Shown piece after piece: positions 1 through 11,240 of a stretch of DNA of 64,000 bases. Every line of letters starts with the position of its first letter. Position 1 is the stretch's first letter. Below the pieces are notes generated by a model. It was not told the origin of the DNA, searched no databases, and saw nothing but the letters and a program-made list of their open reading frames with translations. This DNA comes from Camelus ferus (Eukaryota). Position numbers and translations under genes: made by a program. The DNA lies in contig NC_045696.1 in NCBI RefSeq assembly GCF_009834535.1, positions 12,588,001 through 12,652,000 on the forward strand. The letters run 5' to 3'.

Positions 1-116
1 TGTGATCCAATTCTTCATAATAAATTTATATATATATTTACATATATGCATGTATATACATATATATGCACACACATTTTATTGGTCTGTTCCTCTGGAG
101 AACTCTGACTGATACA
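1..116 (+). mobile_element. MLT2 (ERVL) LTR, 3' end
   Basis: AATAAA, TA/CA-rich tract, then ATTGGTCTGTTCCTCTGGAGAACTCTGACTGATACA, matching the MLT2 3' terminus; truncated by window start. Confidence 0.8.
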
Positions 117-165
117 ATGATGCAAAAGAAAACTGTTGTAGGCAGATGACTTTCTTTGAGTTCCC

Positions 166-502
166 AGAAGCTTTTTTTTCTTTTTTTTGGATTCAAAGAA
201 TTAATTTTTTTCTCCTTTTTCAGTTTTATTAGGTAGAATTATTACAGTCCAACTGCACATACACATTATATTGCATGTAAATACATATATATGGTATACT
301 GCATATTTTTTAGTTTACATATGTGTACTAATTATTGTTTCTAAGAACAGGTTAGATCTTTAGCTTTTTAAACTTACATAGTTATCAAAGGAATAAAGCC
401 AACTACAAAATAAGAATAAACAGAATGCAGTAATCCAACCATAAAGGACAGCCAAATGTGCTTACACATATTCAAGAAATCAAAATAATAATTAGAAGCT
501 TT
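166..502 (-). pseudogene. 5'-truncated processed retrocopy of an mRNA 3' UTR (parent unidentified)
   Basis: 9-bp direct repeat AGAAGCTTT at 166-174 and 494-502, the right copy followed by AA (L1 endonuclease TTT/AA site); poly-T 172-188; minus-strand AATAAA at 225-230; body not recognised as a TE. Confidence 0.65.
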
Positions 503-579
503 AATTAGGCTTTATACCATATTTCTGGAGGCAATTATGAGAAATATCAACCCCATGATGTTCAAGGTTTTATAACTTT

Positions 580-808
580 CCGGAGTCAGCAAACCTTTTC
601 TATAAAGTACCAGAGTACATATTTTAGACTTTGCAACTCATAGGCTCTCTGCTGCAACAACTGAGGTTGCCATGGTAACACGTGATAAGACGTGAAAACA
701 GGCACAGATAACACATAAACCAGTAGGTGTCTGTACACTGATAACACTTCAACCATGAAAACAGCCAGTGAGCAGGACTTGGCCCGGGGGTCAAAGTTTG
801 CCACCCCT
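580..808 (+). mobile_element. MER58A-like hAT-Charlie MITE
   Basis: GGAGTCAGCAAACCTTTTCTATAAAG...TTGGCCCGGGGGTCAAAGTTTGCCACCCCT matches MER58A ends and length. Confidence 0.8.
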
Positions 809-2107
809 CCTCTAGATGGAAGAGTCATCTCATTGGATTAAAGATTATGGTAAAAATCAGATGATCTGAACTTTGTGCTTTTGGGTACCAATGTCAAAGG
901 ACGAGTCCTTTACTTCCTTGGTGACTCAATTTCCCCATCTGCTCTACAAAGCTTTTCTTCAATTTATTATCTGATATTTGGGAGGAGCCTAGACAGTCTT
1001 GAAGGAAAACCATACAGCTTGGCTTGGAGAGGCTTGCCAACTTCTCTCCATTCTGACCCTTTCAGTTGCCACATGTATATGATTTATAAAACTAAGTAAA
1101 GCTACGGGCCAGTGGGGGCTTGCAATAGGTTGAATAAGAGATGAGAAATCAAGAAGATAAAAAGGACCAAGAACTTGGAAGGAGAGATGGAGACCATAAA
1201 ATGGGGCGGCAAATTGGAAAGATGAAAACTGGAATGAGAAGAGTTTGAAGCCAAACCACGGAGAATTCAACCCAGTGAGATCACTAGACTGAGGTAGGAA
1301 AAGAAACATCATGATAGACTTCTAAATATGTTTCCAGTCTCTGCTCATTAGGAATAAAATCTCTACCATTGTGTATTCCTTACACTCCCAGATAATTTGA
1401 TACTCACTCTGGGTAAAATTGAATATCTTAGTTTGTCCTAAGAAAAGATGTTGCCCTCAGCTTGCTGACAGCCTTCAGGAACTCACGCAAGAACTCAGGA
1501 ATGCTGCTTCTCTCCTGGAGATGCTATCTCCAGTACATTATGTTTCACAAGCCTTTACTGTTATGGCCCTAGTTAGTCACATCAGTAGCTATTCCTGTCA
1601 CACTTTTTAGTCTTTGAACAAGAAGACAAAGAACATGCCCATGAATATTTTGCAAAGGTCTACAATATTTTCTGCTTGAGATATGAAGGTTATCCAAACC
1701 ACAGTCTATCTTAAAAATGAATAAGGCTAAGTTTTTCCTTTGTGTTCAGTCCACTATCAAAAGTAAGTCCTCTGTCAAATGTTCCACACTGCTAGGATTC
1801 AAAGGGTCCCCAAAATTCACTGAGTGAGGAAAGTAAGCTCTAGAGAAGGTATGTGCTTGTTCTAAGTTTCCAGAACTAACTGGAATTCACAGCATGGCAA
1901 AAATTCAGAAGAACTATTAAACCATGTGTACATGATTTCAGCTTGAGGGAAACAGGAAGTTCAGAGACAGGAAGCTCAGAGAGAAAAGCCACAGAGCAAC
2001 GTGACCCCTGTTGCCTTAGAGTAGGTCACTGACCTTCTGCAAGCAAAGCTGTGTCAGCCCCTTTCCATCTTCGGGACACCCCACTTTGTAGAATAGTGAA
2101 AAGGCCT

Positions 2108-2192
2108 GTCACTGACTAGTCATGTGATATTAGGCAAGTCACTTGAACATTCGGAGCCTCAGCTTCCTCATTGAAAAAGTGAAGCTAATCCA
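2108..2192 (+). mobile_element. MIR SINE core fragment
   Basis: GTGATATTAGGCAAGTCACTTGAACATTCGGAGCCTCAGCTTCCTCAT is the MIR core. Confidence 0.75.
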
Positions 2193-2519
2193 GTAAATTC
2201 AAGCCTCAGTGAGCAAGGAGTAGTGATGTTTGACAGACAGGGGCGTTACGAGGGGGAGATATGTTGACACAGAAAGAAATGAGGTGATGAGAATGGCCGT
2301 GTACTTCCAGGAGACAAACTGAGAGATCGTTAAGCAGCTGTGATGGGTGCTCCCAAACCAAGGGCTCCCAACTGCAGGCACCAGCCGTTCTCTCCCTGAG
2401 GTGATCGCTGGCCATGGTAGTCCATTTAGACCACATGGAACAAGAGAAAAATGTGAGGGAGTTAATGCACCCCAAAGGCCGTCCTCAACCAGTGATCGAA
2501 GAATCCCAGCCCTTTGGCC

Positions 2520-2779
2520 CTGTGGGTGAGAGCAAGGGAGACAATTCTGGAAGCAGTGTCTAGAGTGTCACCCAGCACACTAACCTGCTGCCCCTCACAG
2601 CAGTAACCTGCTTTCTATACTTGATATCACACACTTCAATCACTACCTCTTCTTTCCTGTCTCACCTCCCCACTCCCTGATGCTATTTCCTGAATCACCT
2701 CCCAAATAAACCACTTATACTCAAATCATTGTCTTACAGTCTGTTACTGGAAGGCTCTGACCCAATGCAGTGCAAGACA
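2520..2779 (+). mobile_element. LTR16-like ERVL LTR (3' part)
   Basis: CACCTCCCAAATAAACCACTTATACTCAAATCATTGTCTTACAGTCTG matches the LTR16 3' end; 5' boundary uncertain. Confidence 0.6.
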
Positions 2780-2888
2780 CAGTTATGTCAGGAGGACACA
2801 CTGTATTTGCAAGTTGTTGTGTATGTATGTTCACTGGGTGGAAAAGAGAGCTCAGTGTGAGTTAACTTTAAATGTAAAACTTTTTTAA

Positions 2889-2980
2889 TGATTTGCATTT
2901 CTCTGATAATTAGCAATATTGAACATTTTTTCATGTGCTTATTGGCCATTTGTATGTCTTCACTGGAGAATTGCTTGTTT
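2889..2980 (-). mobile_element. Isolated 92-bp internal L1 ORF2 fragment
   Basis: Aligns ungapped to 3835-3926 with 11 mismatches in 92 nt by eye; no L1 3' UTR. Confidence 0.8.
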
Positions 2981-2992
2981 CTGGCTTTCTTT

Positions 2993-3940
2993 TTTTTTTA
3001 ACTTTTTTTATTGAGTTATAGTCATTTTACAATGTTGTGTCAAATTCCAGTATAGAGCACAATTTTTTAGTTATACATGAACATACATGTATTCATTGTC
3101 ACATTCTTTTTCTCTGTGAGCTACCACAAGATCTTGTATATATTTCCCTGTGCTATACAGTATAATCTTGTTTATCTATTCTACATATGCCTGTCAGTAT
3201 CTACAAATTTTGAACTCCCAGTCCGTCCCTTCCCACCACCCCCCATCCCTGGCAACCACAAGTTTGTATTCTATGTCTAGTTATGTCTCTGAGTCTGTTT
3301 CTGTTTTGTATTTATGTTTTTCTTTTTTAGATTCCACATATGAGCGATCTCATGTGGTATTTTTCTTTCTCTTTCTGGCTTACTTCACTTATAATGACAT
3401 TCTCCAGGGACATCCATGTTGCTGCAAATAGCGTTATGTTGTCTTTTTTATGACTGAATAGTATTCCATTGTATAAATATACCACTTCTTCTTCATCCAG
3501 TCATCTGTTGATGGACATTTAGGCTGTTTCCATGTCTTGGCTATTGTAAATAGTGCTGCTATGAACATTGGGGTGCAGGTGTCTTTTTGAGGTAGGGTTC
3601 CTTCCTCCTTCTGAGTATATACCCAGGAGCAGGATTCCTGGGTCATATGGTAAGTCTATTCCTAGTCTTTTGAGGAATCTCCATACTGTTTTCCACAGTG
3701 ACTGCACCAAACTGCATTCCCACCAGCAGTGTAGGATGGTCCCTTTTCTCCACAGCCTCTCCAGCATTTGTCATTTGTGGACTTCTGAATGATGGCCATT
3801 CTGACTGGTGTAAGGTGATACCTCATGGTATTTTTGATTTGCATTTCTCTGATAATTAGTGATATTGAGCATTTTTTCATGTGCCTATTGATCATTTGTA
3901 TTTCTTCCTTGGAGAACTTCTTGTTTAGGTCTTCTGCCCA
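2993..3940 (-). mobile_element. Young 5'-truncated L1 (ORF2 C-terminus + 3' UTR)
   Basis: Poly-T, L1 3' UTR and ORF2 peptides ([48 protein letters not shown]); perfect 14-bp TSD TTCTGGCTTTCTTT at 2979-2992 and 3941-3954 followed by AA. Confidence 0.95.
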
Positions 3941-3954
3941 TTCTGGCTTTCTTT

Positions 3955-4158
3955 AACTTACAGTAATTTTTTGATGTTCTGACTGCCTGGTCGTTGTTAC
4001 AAAACTCCCATATATCCTGGCTCCTCCTTTACTTCTTCAGGAACAGTCCCTCAGAGTGATCTGAGAGGCTGCCTCCCAGGCTTGAAGTCCTCAGAAAATC
4101 TGCCAAGTAAAACATAATTCTCAACTTTTAGGTTGTACATTTTTTTTTTAGTTGATGT
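3955..4158 (+). mobile_element. ERV1-type LTR, 3' portion
   Basis: CAGTCCCTCAGAGTGATCTGAGAGGCTGCCTCCCAGGCTTGAAGTCCTCA resembles the LTR at 45844-46339; ends TTTTTAGTTGATG. Confidence 0.65.
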
Positions 4159-6002
4159 ATCCATGCACCAAGCTTCAATGGCAGTATGGGGAGCTTTGGA
4201 GATTGATGGAAGGAAAAGTCCATCCAACTTCCCACTTCCTAGCTCAGAGGTACCTGGGCCTTGCTCTCCCATGTCCCATCTTTCATCCAAGAGGTACCCT
4301 TCTCATGTTCAGCCTACCACCCATTCCTAGATGGTAGGAGCCAGGTGGGGGAGATGCAACACCCCTTCAGGCTTACCTGGAACACAACCAATGTACACTG
4401 GTCCATCTCACAGGTACCAAAGCTGGTGGGCCAGGTACCTTCCCCACTAATTTCTTGATAGCTTTGAGCACCATTGCTGTAGAATCCAGTAGCATTTTAT
4501 ACACTGGCAAGGATCCTAACTGGTCCACTGGCAGATATAAGAGGCCCCCAGAGGTCAATTATCTTAAGCCCACTTGGGACCCCCCCAGGTTCCAAAAAGA
4601 CCCAATCTCTGGCCTAAAGCTTCTGGCATTGTACCCTGAGGGATGTGTAAGTATTTAGGAAAAAGTGAAAAGTTGCAAAAATTTTATTCTGTGCTGGGAG
4701 TTAGCTAACAAAATATTTGGACTTATATTTTAGCTCAGTGATATATCAAAGTTCCCCTGGTGTCTTCCCCACAATGAAGGTCAAGATCTACTAGAACTTT
4801 TGACAAAGCAGAACAAAGCCAAGGTTTGGTCCTGAACAGCACCATATATGGGCACTAGGACACCCATATTTGGACTCCATTGTCTTTTCTATTCCACGTG
4901 GAAATTTCCTAGCGTATTATTAAAGTCAGGTTGCGGGTTCCCTTGGAGATGACACAAAATAATTGTAGATATTTTTTAATCCCTTCCTAATTTAAATATT
5001 TCCCATCGGAGCAGATCCTCATTCTCTCCCACTTGGTCATAATGATTCAAACAAGAGACCAAGTGAACTGAAAATTTCCCCACAAAATCCACAAAGTGAA
5101 GCCTCTCTTGTCCTATGTGGAAAAAGCCTGTACTTGCTAAAATTATCCTGCTCAAGTTTTAGCTGCCCAGTTCCAAGGACAAAAATTCAAAGCTTTATAG
5201 CTGTGAAGATTTCCGATTCTGAATCATTTCTAAATAGGCTTCCTGTGTGAGCAACGGTTTTCACTGAATGAATTGCGAACAAGGGTCACATTGGGACTGA
5301 ACATGCTCTGACTTTGTGCTGATGGGTTGAACCATGATTAAATGTGGATGAATCAAAGTCCCAGGCAGCACTGTGGGCATCCTGGGGCAGGACTTCTAAC
5401 GCAAGAGAAACTACTCTCTGCGCACTGAATTTAACTTTACAGGACACCATAAATGAGTGGTTTTATTGGCCATGCCTCAGCAAGGCTTTCTATTGTTGAA
5501 GAAGGCTTGTCTGCTCACAAAGGATTCTGCGGGAGGCAGAGTTTGGGGACGGCTCCGCCACTCTTGTGCATTTCACAAACCCTCCCCTATATGCTATTTC
5601 TCAGTGGGCCACTGGGCCACAGCTGGTAGGAAAAAAAAACCCTTTGGGACTTTCCCTCTTCCTACATCCCATGGTCACCTAAGTCTTCTTAAGAGCCTTA
5701 TTCCCTTCCCTTCAGGCTCTTCTTCGTGAGCTTTCCTCACCTGGTCAGTTTTACCTGTTTCCAGGTGAAGGGAAGAGGAAGGGGAATGAGGTTTCCCAAT
5801 GACAAGACACTGAGGTCTGCAAAACACTCAGATCTTTCCAAACACTCTTCCTGGGATATCCCCTGAGTATAATTATTCTCTATCTGTCTCTTCCTCCACT
5901 TGGAGTCAGTGTCAGAGACCACCTCTCCTCTCTTACCTTCTCCATGATGCAAGATGGAGAAAGATTTTTTAAAAAAAAAGATGCACACCCTACTCACTAG
6001 AA

Positions 6003-6185
6003 TTTAAAGAACACTTACTACATGCCAGGCCCGGTGATAAGTGCTTTAGAAGAAAGTCAGCTCATTCTCACAAATAACCCTGTTATTCCCATTTTATAGA
6101 TGGGACACTGAGACACAGCGGCCACTCAGCTGGCATGTGGCAAGCCAAGACTCACATCCTGGTCTGTGGTCACCACCACTGTGCT
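6003..6185 (-). mobile_element. MIR SINE
   Basis: CACTTACTACATGCCAGGC...ATTCCCATTTTATAGATGGGACACTGAGACACAG is antisense MIR. Confidence 0.75.
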
Positions 6186-6310
6186 GTGTGAACAAGAAAC
6201 ATCACAGGCAAGTGCTGTGCTACCATACTGGAGCTTCCATTGCTGGAGTTACTATGTGGGGATAGATGGGTTGGAATTATGAAGTCAGATGTTTTCTCAT
6301 TTGTCTCAGG

Positions 6311-6520
6311 CAGATATTCTCAATCGGAGGTGAGTTGCACCCCCAGGGGATATTTGGCAATGTCTGGAGATACTTTTGGCTATCACAGCTGGGGACGACT
6401 ACCAGCATCTAGGGAACAGAGGCCAGAGACACTGCCAATTATCCTGAGATGCCCAAGAGAGTCTCCCCACGATTACCCAGCCTAGTATGTCAACAGAGCT
6501 GAGCTCCAGGCACCAGCTCT
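6311..6520 (+). mobile_element. MER20 hAT-Charlie element
   Basis: CCCCCAGGGGATATTTGGCAATGTCTGGAGATACTTTTGGCTATCACAGCTGGGG...GAGGCCAGAGA matches MER20. Confidence 0.85.
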
Positions 6521-7599
6521 AGGGGTTCCATCTGGTTGGCACATCTCTCACTGCCCACTCCATTCTTTACGGTGGGTTTTTATTTTCTATGTTCATTTTA
6601 GTATTCCTATGTGAATAATTCACTGCAAGGCACCCCAAGTCCTTTTAGGGAGCAGAGAGGATGTGAATAAAAGACAAACAGATTTTCAAAGACTCTCCTG
6701 AGAGGACAGCACCCTGCTTGGAACAAAATGCTCTCTGGGCACTATTTAGGGAACAGTGTACCCAGCAAACCAACTGTCACTTCCACACCCATCACTTACA
6801 GGACTGATGCTTCTGGGAATCTTGTCCCAGGAAAGGGGGGGGTGGGGGAGTGGTTGCCCTAGAACATGCTGTTGCAGTGAGAAACTTTGAAAGGGGGAAA
6901 GAAAACCCTGTAACCTGATGCCAGTCTTAAATACTCTCTGCTAACCATAAATCAAGAGAAAGTGAAATAATTTCCATCACACTCAAACAGTGTATTCTCT
7001 GGGGTCTGCAAGAACAGAAAAGACAATATGGAGCAAATGCATTGCTCTGTGATTCTGAAATCAAAGCCCAGTTAGTCAGGAGACAAATCCAAAAGACTTC
7101 AGTAGCAAAACATATATTCCAATCATGTCTATATTAAGCAAGCCCTAAATGTCAAAAAAGAATAGCTCATAAGTCAACTTCAGTCCAGAACATCTTTGTT
7201 TACATTACGGGATTTACAGGTAAACTTTGAAAACACTGTATCAACTGAAGAAAATATTTTAATTGGCCTTTAAATATTCTTATGGGGCAAATTCAGCTTG
7301 TTTAAAATGGTGCCTGGCTGGTCTCTGGTTATGACAGCTCATTACACTGTCTTAATGCCGTAAGAATTATTAATCGTTATGTCAGTTTTTTAAAAACTTA
7401 CTCCAGATTGTATCCAATTCTGGGCAGAGGTTATTTATACCTTAGAATGTTCTTAACTGCTCCATGTCAAAGGAACGATCTGGAATGAATTATAATTATG
7501 ATCTCATTTAATATCTTTTTAAATTCTAATGTTTTGGGAAATTTTTGTTCAAATAATTTTTTGAGCCTGAGATGTCCTTTAATCCCCTTCCCTGTCTCC

Positions 7600-7902
7600 C
7601 CAAATCATCCTTATCATTCAATACCTAACTCAGATACCACTTTCCTCCATGAAACTGTTCCTAATTCTTCATCACCATTAACTAAATGCTGCTCTTTTCT
7701 TCCAAGACGTTGCTTCTATCTTCACTGAGGATTTATAATGATCACCTTGCTTTATGTGATAGTTATTTGTCTGTGTCTGTCTTCCTGAGTTAAGATGCCT
7801 TCAGTGGAACAGATAGCATCTTATACATTTTGCTTCCCAGGAAACTGACAGGGTTCCTGGAATTGGTAAGCACCCGACAAAGACTGATTCAGTTACATGA
7901 AA
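7600..7902 (+). mobile_element. L2 3' end
   Basis: Decayed L2 3' motifs (CTCAGATACCACTTTCCTCCATGAAAC; TATTTGTCTGTGTCTGTCTTCC; GGTAAGCACCCGACAAAGACTG). Confidence 0.55.
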
Positions 7903-8418
7903 TCATACAGGTTTGATCAGATAGAAATTGTTTTTCCACTTGTTTTCTTGGTTTGTTTGAAGGGGTTTGCTCATTTCAATAATTATGAAACCCAAACCTC
8001 AATCAGTTAGAACAAATAGTTCCAGGGCCTTCTCTCCTCTAGTCTAAATTCTGAGTTCCAGTTAAGTGCCAGGAGATAAGCAAAACATTTTCTGATGTGT
8101 GTGCTGTCTTGAATTGGGATCACACCAGATAAAACAGTCCAAAGTGGGTGAATAATGCACTGGATATTTGGCCTGATTTTAGGTGCTTGCGGGCAAGCTA
8201 GCTAATAATTAATTAAGGTAGACTCTTCCATAAATGCTGTGTTTCAAACTCCCCCACTTGTTCCCTTAGTCAGTAACTCCCTCATTTATCATCTACAAGT
8301 GACGTTTGAAACCCTGGTGCACACTAGGCATCTTTAGCAACCAGGAATACAGAGCTCAATAAGGACACAGAACTGATCTCCTATAAAGAAACATAGGAAC
8401 ATATTAATAGATTCTAAC

Positions 8419-8682
8419 ATTTTTTACTGAAGTATAGTCAGTTACAACGTGTCAGTTTCTGGTGTACAGCATAATATCCCAGTCATGCATACATATATTC
8501 ATTTTCATATTCTTTTTCATTAAAGATTATTACAAGATATTGAATTTGGTTCCCTGTGCTATACAGAAGAAATTTGTTTTTGCAGATGTAGTAAACAATC
8601 TTATGGTTTCAGGGGAAAGAGAGTAGGAAGGAATAAATTTGGAAGTTTGAGATTTATAGGTGTTAGCCACTGGATATAAAAT
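8419..8682 (-). mobile_element. Twin-primed (5'-inverted) short L1 insertion
   Basis: Antisense L1 3' terminus ~8420-8580 fused to sense L1 3' UTR ~8583-8682; TSD TAGATTCTAAC at 8408-8418 and 8683-8693 followed by TTTT/AA. Confidence 0.85.
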
Positions 8683-9201
8683 TAGATTCTAACTTTTAAC
8701 CTAACTTTAAAAATCTAAAACATTGTTTTAATAGAATAGTCACCGAGAATATGCCCTGGGTGGGAAAGAAGAGTTTGTTTTTCAGCAAAGATAGGGACTA
8801 TTCTCGTAACTGCATATCAAATACCTACAGTGTGCAATTGAGATCATGTAAATAATTCAGACTAAGGTCACCAGCCATGTGTAGTAAGAGTAATTGCAAA
8901 GAGGAATCCAGAGACAGGGACCATCTCTGGGAAATCCCACTGCGATGCTGTCCTGGGTTGTGCACCAGCCTCTCCACCGCGACTCCCTGAAAGCCGAGGC
9001 CTCACCAGTCTGGTTTGATGTTGTTTTCCTATGACCAGAAACCTGATGTCCTAGAGCAGGAAAACTACCAGGCTGTAATTTGTGGCTGGGATTCTGCTTA
9101 CAAATATCGAGGCTGGTACAAATCTTTCAGATGCTGTGAGATTTATTTTTGTAGAAAAAGAAATCAGAGCAGATTCCCAAGTGTTCCTTATCATTTGCAT
9201 T

Positions 9202-9233
9202 CTTTTCCTTTATTTTACTACATTTTACTACAT

Positions 9234-9272
<39 letters not shown>

Positions 9273-9763
9273 TTCATTCATTTAATATTTATGTTTTTTA
9301 TTGAAGTAGAGTTGATGTAAAACATTATTTAAGTTATAGGTTACAACATAATGATTCATAATTTTTAAAGGTTATATGCCATTTATAGTTATTACAAAAC
9401 ATTGGCTACATTCCCTGTGTTGTATAACAAATCTTTGTAGTTTTTTTTATACATAATAGTTTGTACCTCTTAATTGCCTCCCCCTTTTCCTCTAGTTTGT
9501 TCTTTATATCTGTGAGTCACCTTGTTTGTTATATTCACTAATTTGTTGCTTTTTTTAGATTCCACATGTAAGTGAAATCATACAGTATTTGTCTTTCTCT
9601 GTCTTATTTCACTTAACATAATACCCTCCAAGTCCATCCATGTTGTTGCAAATGGCAAATTTTCATTCTTTTTCATAGCTGTGTAGTATTCCATTGTATA
9701 TATGTGTCTATATATATGCATATATACACACACACACACACACACCCCCCACATCTTTTTTAT
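9202..9763 (-). mobile_element. 5'-truncated L1 3' UTR with (TTTA)n-derived tail
   Basis: TTTTTATTGAAGTAGAGTTGATG...GATTCCACATGTAAGTGAAATCATACAG; candidate TSD TCATTTGCATT at 9191-9201 and 9764-9774. Confidence 0.85.
9231..9274. repeat. (TTTA)n microsatellite
   Basis: About 10 tandem TTTA units in the L1 tail. Confidence 0.95.
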
Positions 9764-10042
9764 TCATTTGCATTTGTAATCCTTGAACTCTGGCTTAAGC
9801 CAGGGGCTCACCTGCCACAGCAGTGTGCAGCTGCACCAGCCCACCTCACAGCAGAAGCAGAGTGAGATGCAATTCAAAGAACAGTTGCTCCATTACATCC
9901 AAGGCTACTGTGTATAATCCTATTCTGGGAGAAACTCACACAAGTGTGGGCAGTGTAGGGGAAGGACTATGATTATTCTATTTACTGTTGAACATGTTTT
10001 TCACTAAAATGTGTTTCTTTGGTTTTCTGTAAGCATTTCATG

Positions 10043-10591
10043 TATCTGACAGGATGCTTTTGATGTAAGTCATAGAAGATCCAACTGGAAGTAGCTCAAA
10101 CAATAAGAAACCTTGAGATAGGGCAATGCAGGGTACTTTAACTGAGTGGAGAAACAATATTATCAAAGACTTCGGTATTCTCTATATTTCAGTTTCATCA
10201 TCCTCAGTACATCATGTGACTCCCCTTATAGTCAAAATATGGCTGCAGCAGCATCAGATGACAGCTCTAAACATAGCAATATGTAGTGAGAGGTGGGTAG
10301 TTTCCTCCTATGCCTTAAATATTTTAGCAAGGAAATTTCCAGAAGCTCCCCCAATTGACTTCTTGTCGGGTCCTATTGGCTAGATTTAGTCACACGCCCA
10401 TTCCCTAAATCAGTACCTGGGGAGGGAATGAATCCATTATGATTGCTTTAAACCAGTCATAATTCACTCCCTGGGGTCCACAAGAGCCTGTTGTCTATCC
10501 TGCACTCATGGGGAGGGGACACCAGGACAAAATAAAGCCTCAAGGAAAAGGGGATGGGACAACTTAGGGCAAGCAAACAACAGTCACAACA
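10043..10591 (-). mobile_element. Old MLT1 (MLT1J/K/L-like) MaLR LTR
   Basis: CCTATTGGCTAGATTTAGTCACACGCCCATTCCCTAAATCAGT...ATGATTGCTTTAAACCAGTCATAATTCACTCCCTGGGG is characteristic of this group. Confidence 0.7.
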
Positions 10592-10887
10592 GAATTAAAG
10601 AACATATTTGTTCGGGGAAGGAAACTGGTCACAGATAAAGGATTTTGCTCTTAGAGTATAAACCCGTCTTGACCTCCAGATCATGAAATCAAATAGTGTT
10701 TGATTTCAAAGAGATTTTCCAAATCTTAGCTAGTGAATTCATTTATTTACTCACCAAAGTTAATGAGGCTCTTAAACCTATAAAACACCATTAAAATTCC
10801 AAAGCAAATTTTCAAATTCTAAATAGTAGCTTTACTTCTGGACAAGACCTCTAAAATCCCATGAGAATCTTTATTTTTAAAAAAAAA

Positions 10888-11240
10888 GGTTATACAGAGA
10901 ACAGATAAGTGGTTGCCAGAGGTCAGGGTGGTGGGGTGGATGAAATGGGTGAAGGTGGTCAGAAGGTAAAAACTTCCAGTTACAGTAATAAATAAATCCT
11001 GTGGATGTAACATACAGCAGGGAGACTATATTTAATAATATTGTATTGTATATTTAAAAGTTGCTAAAAGAGTAGATCTTAAAAAGTTCTCACTATAAGA
11101 AAAAAAATTTTTAGCTACGTGTGGTGATGGACTAGACTTATTGTGGTGATCATTTCACAAATTATTCAAATATTAAATTTTATGTTGTACACCTGAAACT
11201 AATAGACATTATATCTTAATTATATCTCAATAAAAAAATA
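10888..11240 (+). mobile_element. L1MA9-like 3' UTR
   Basis: GGTTGCCAGAGG...AAAAGTTGCTAAAAGAGTAGATCTTAAAAAGTTCTCAC...GTACACCTGAAACTAAT...TATATCTCAATAAAAAAA. Confidence 0.85.

Noticed and set aside
1419..1610. ORF with helical-looking LADSLQELTQELRNAASLLE
   Set aside because: No recognised homology, weak acceptor, no clear donor and no partner exons.
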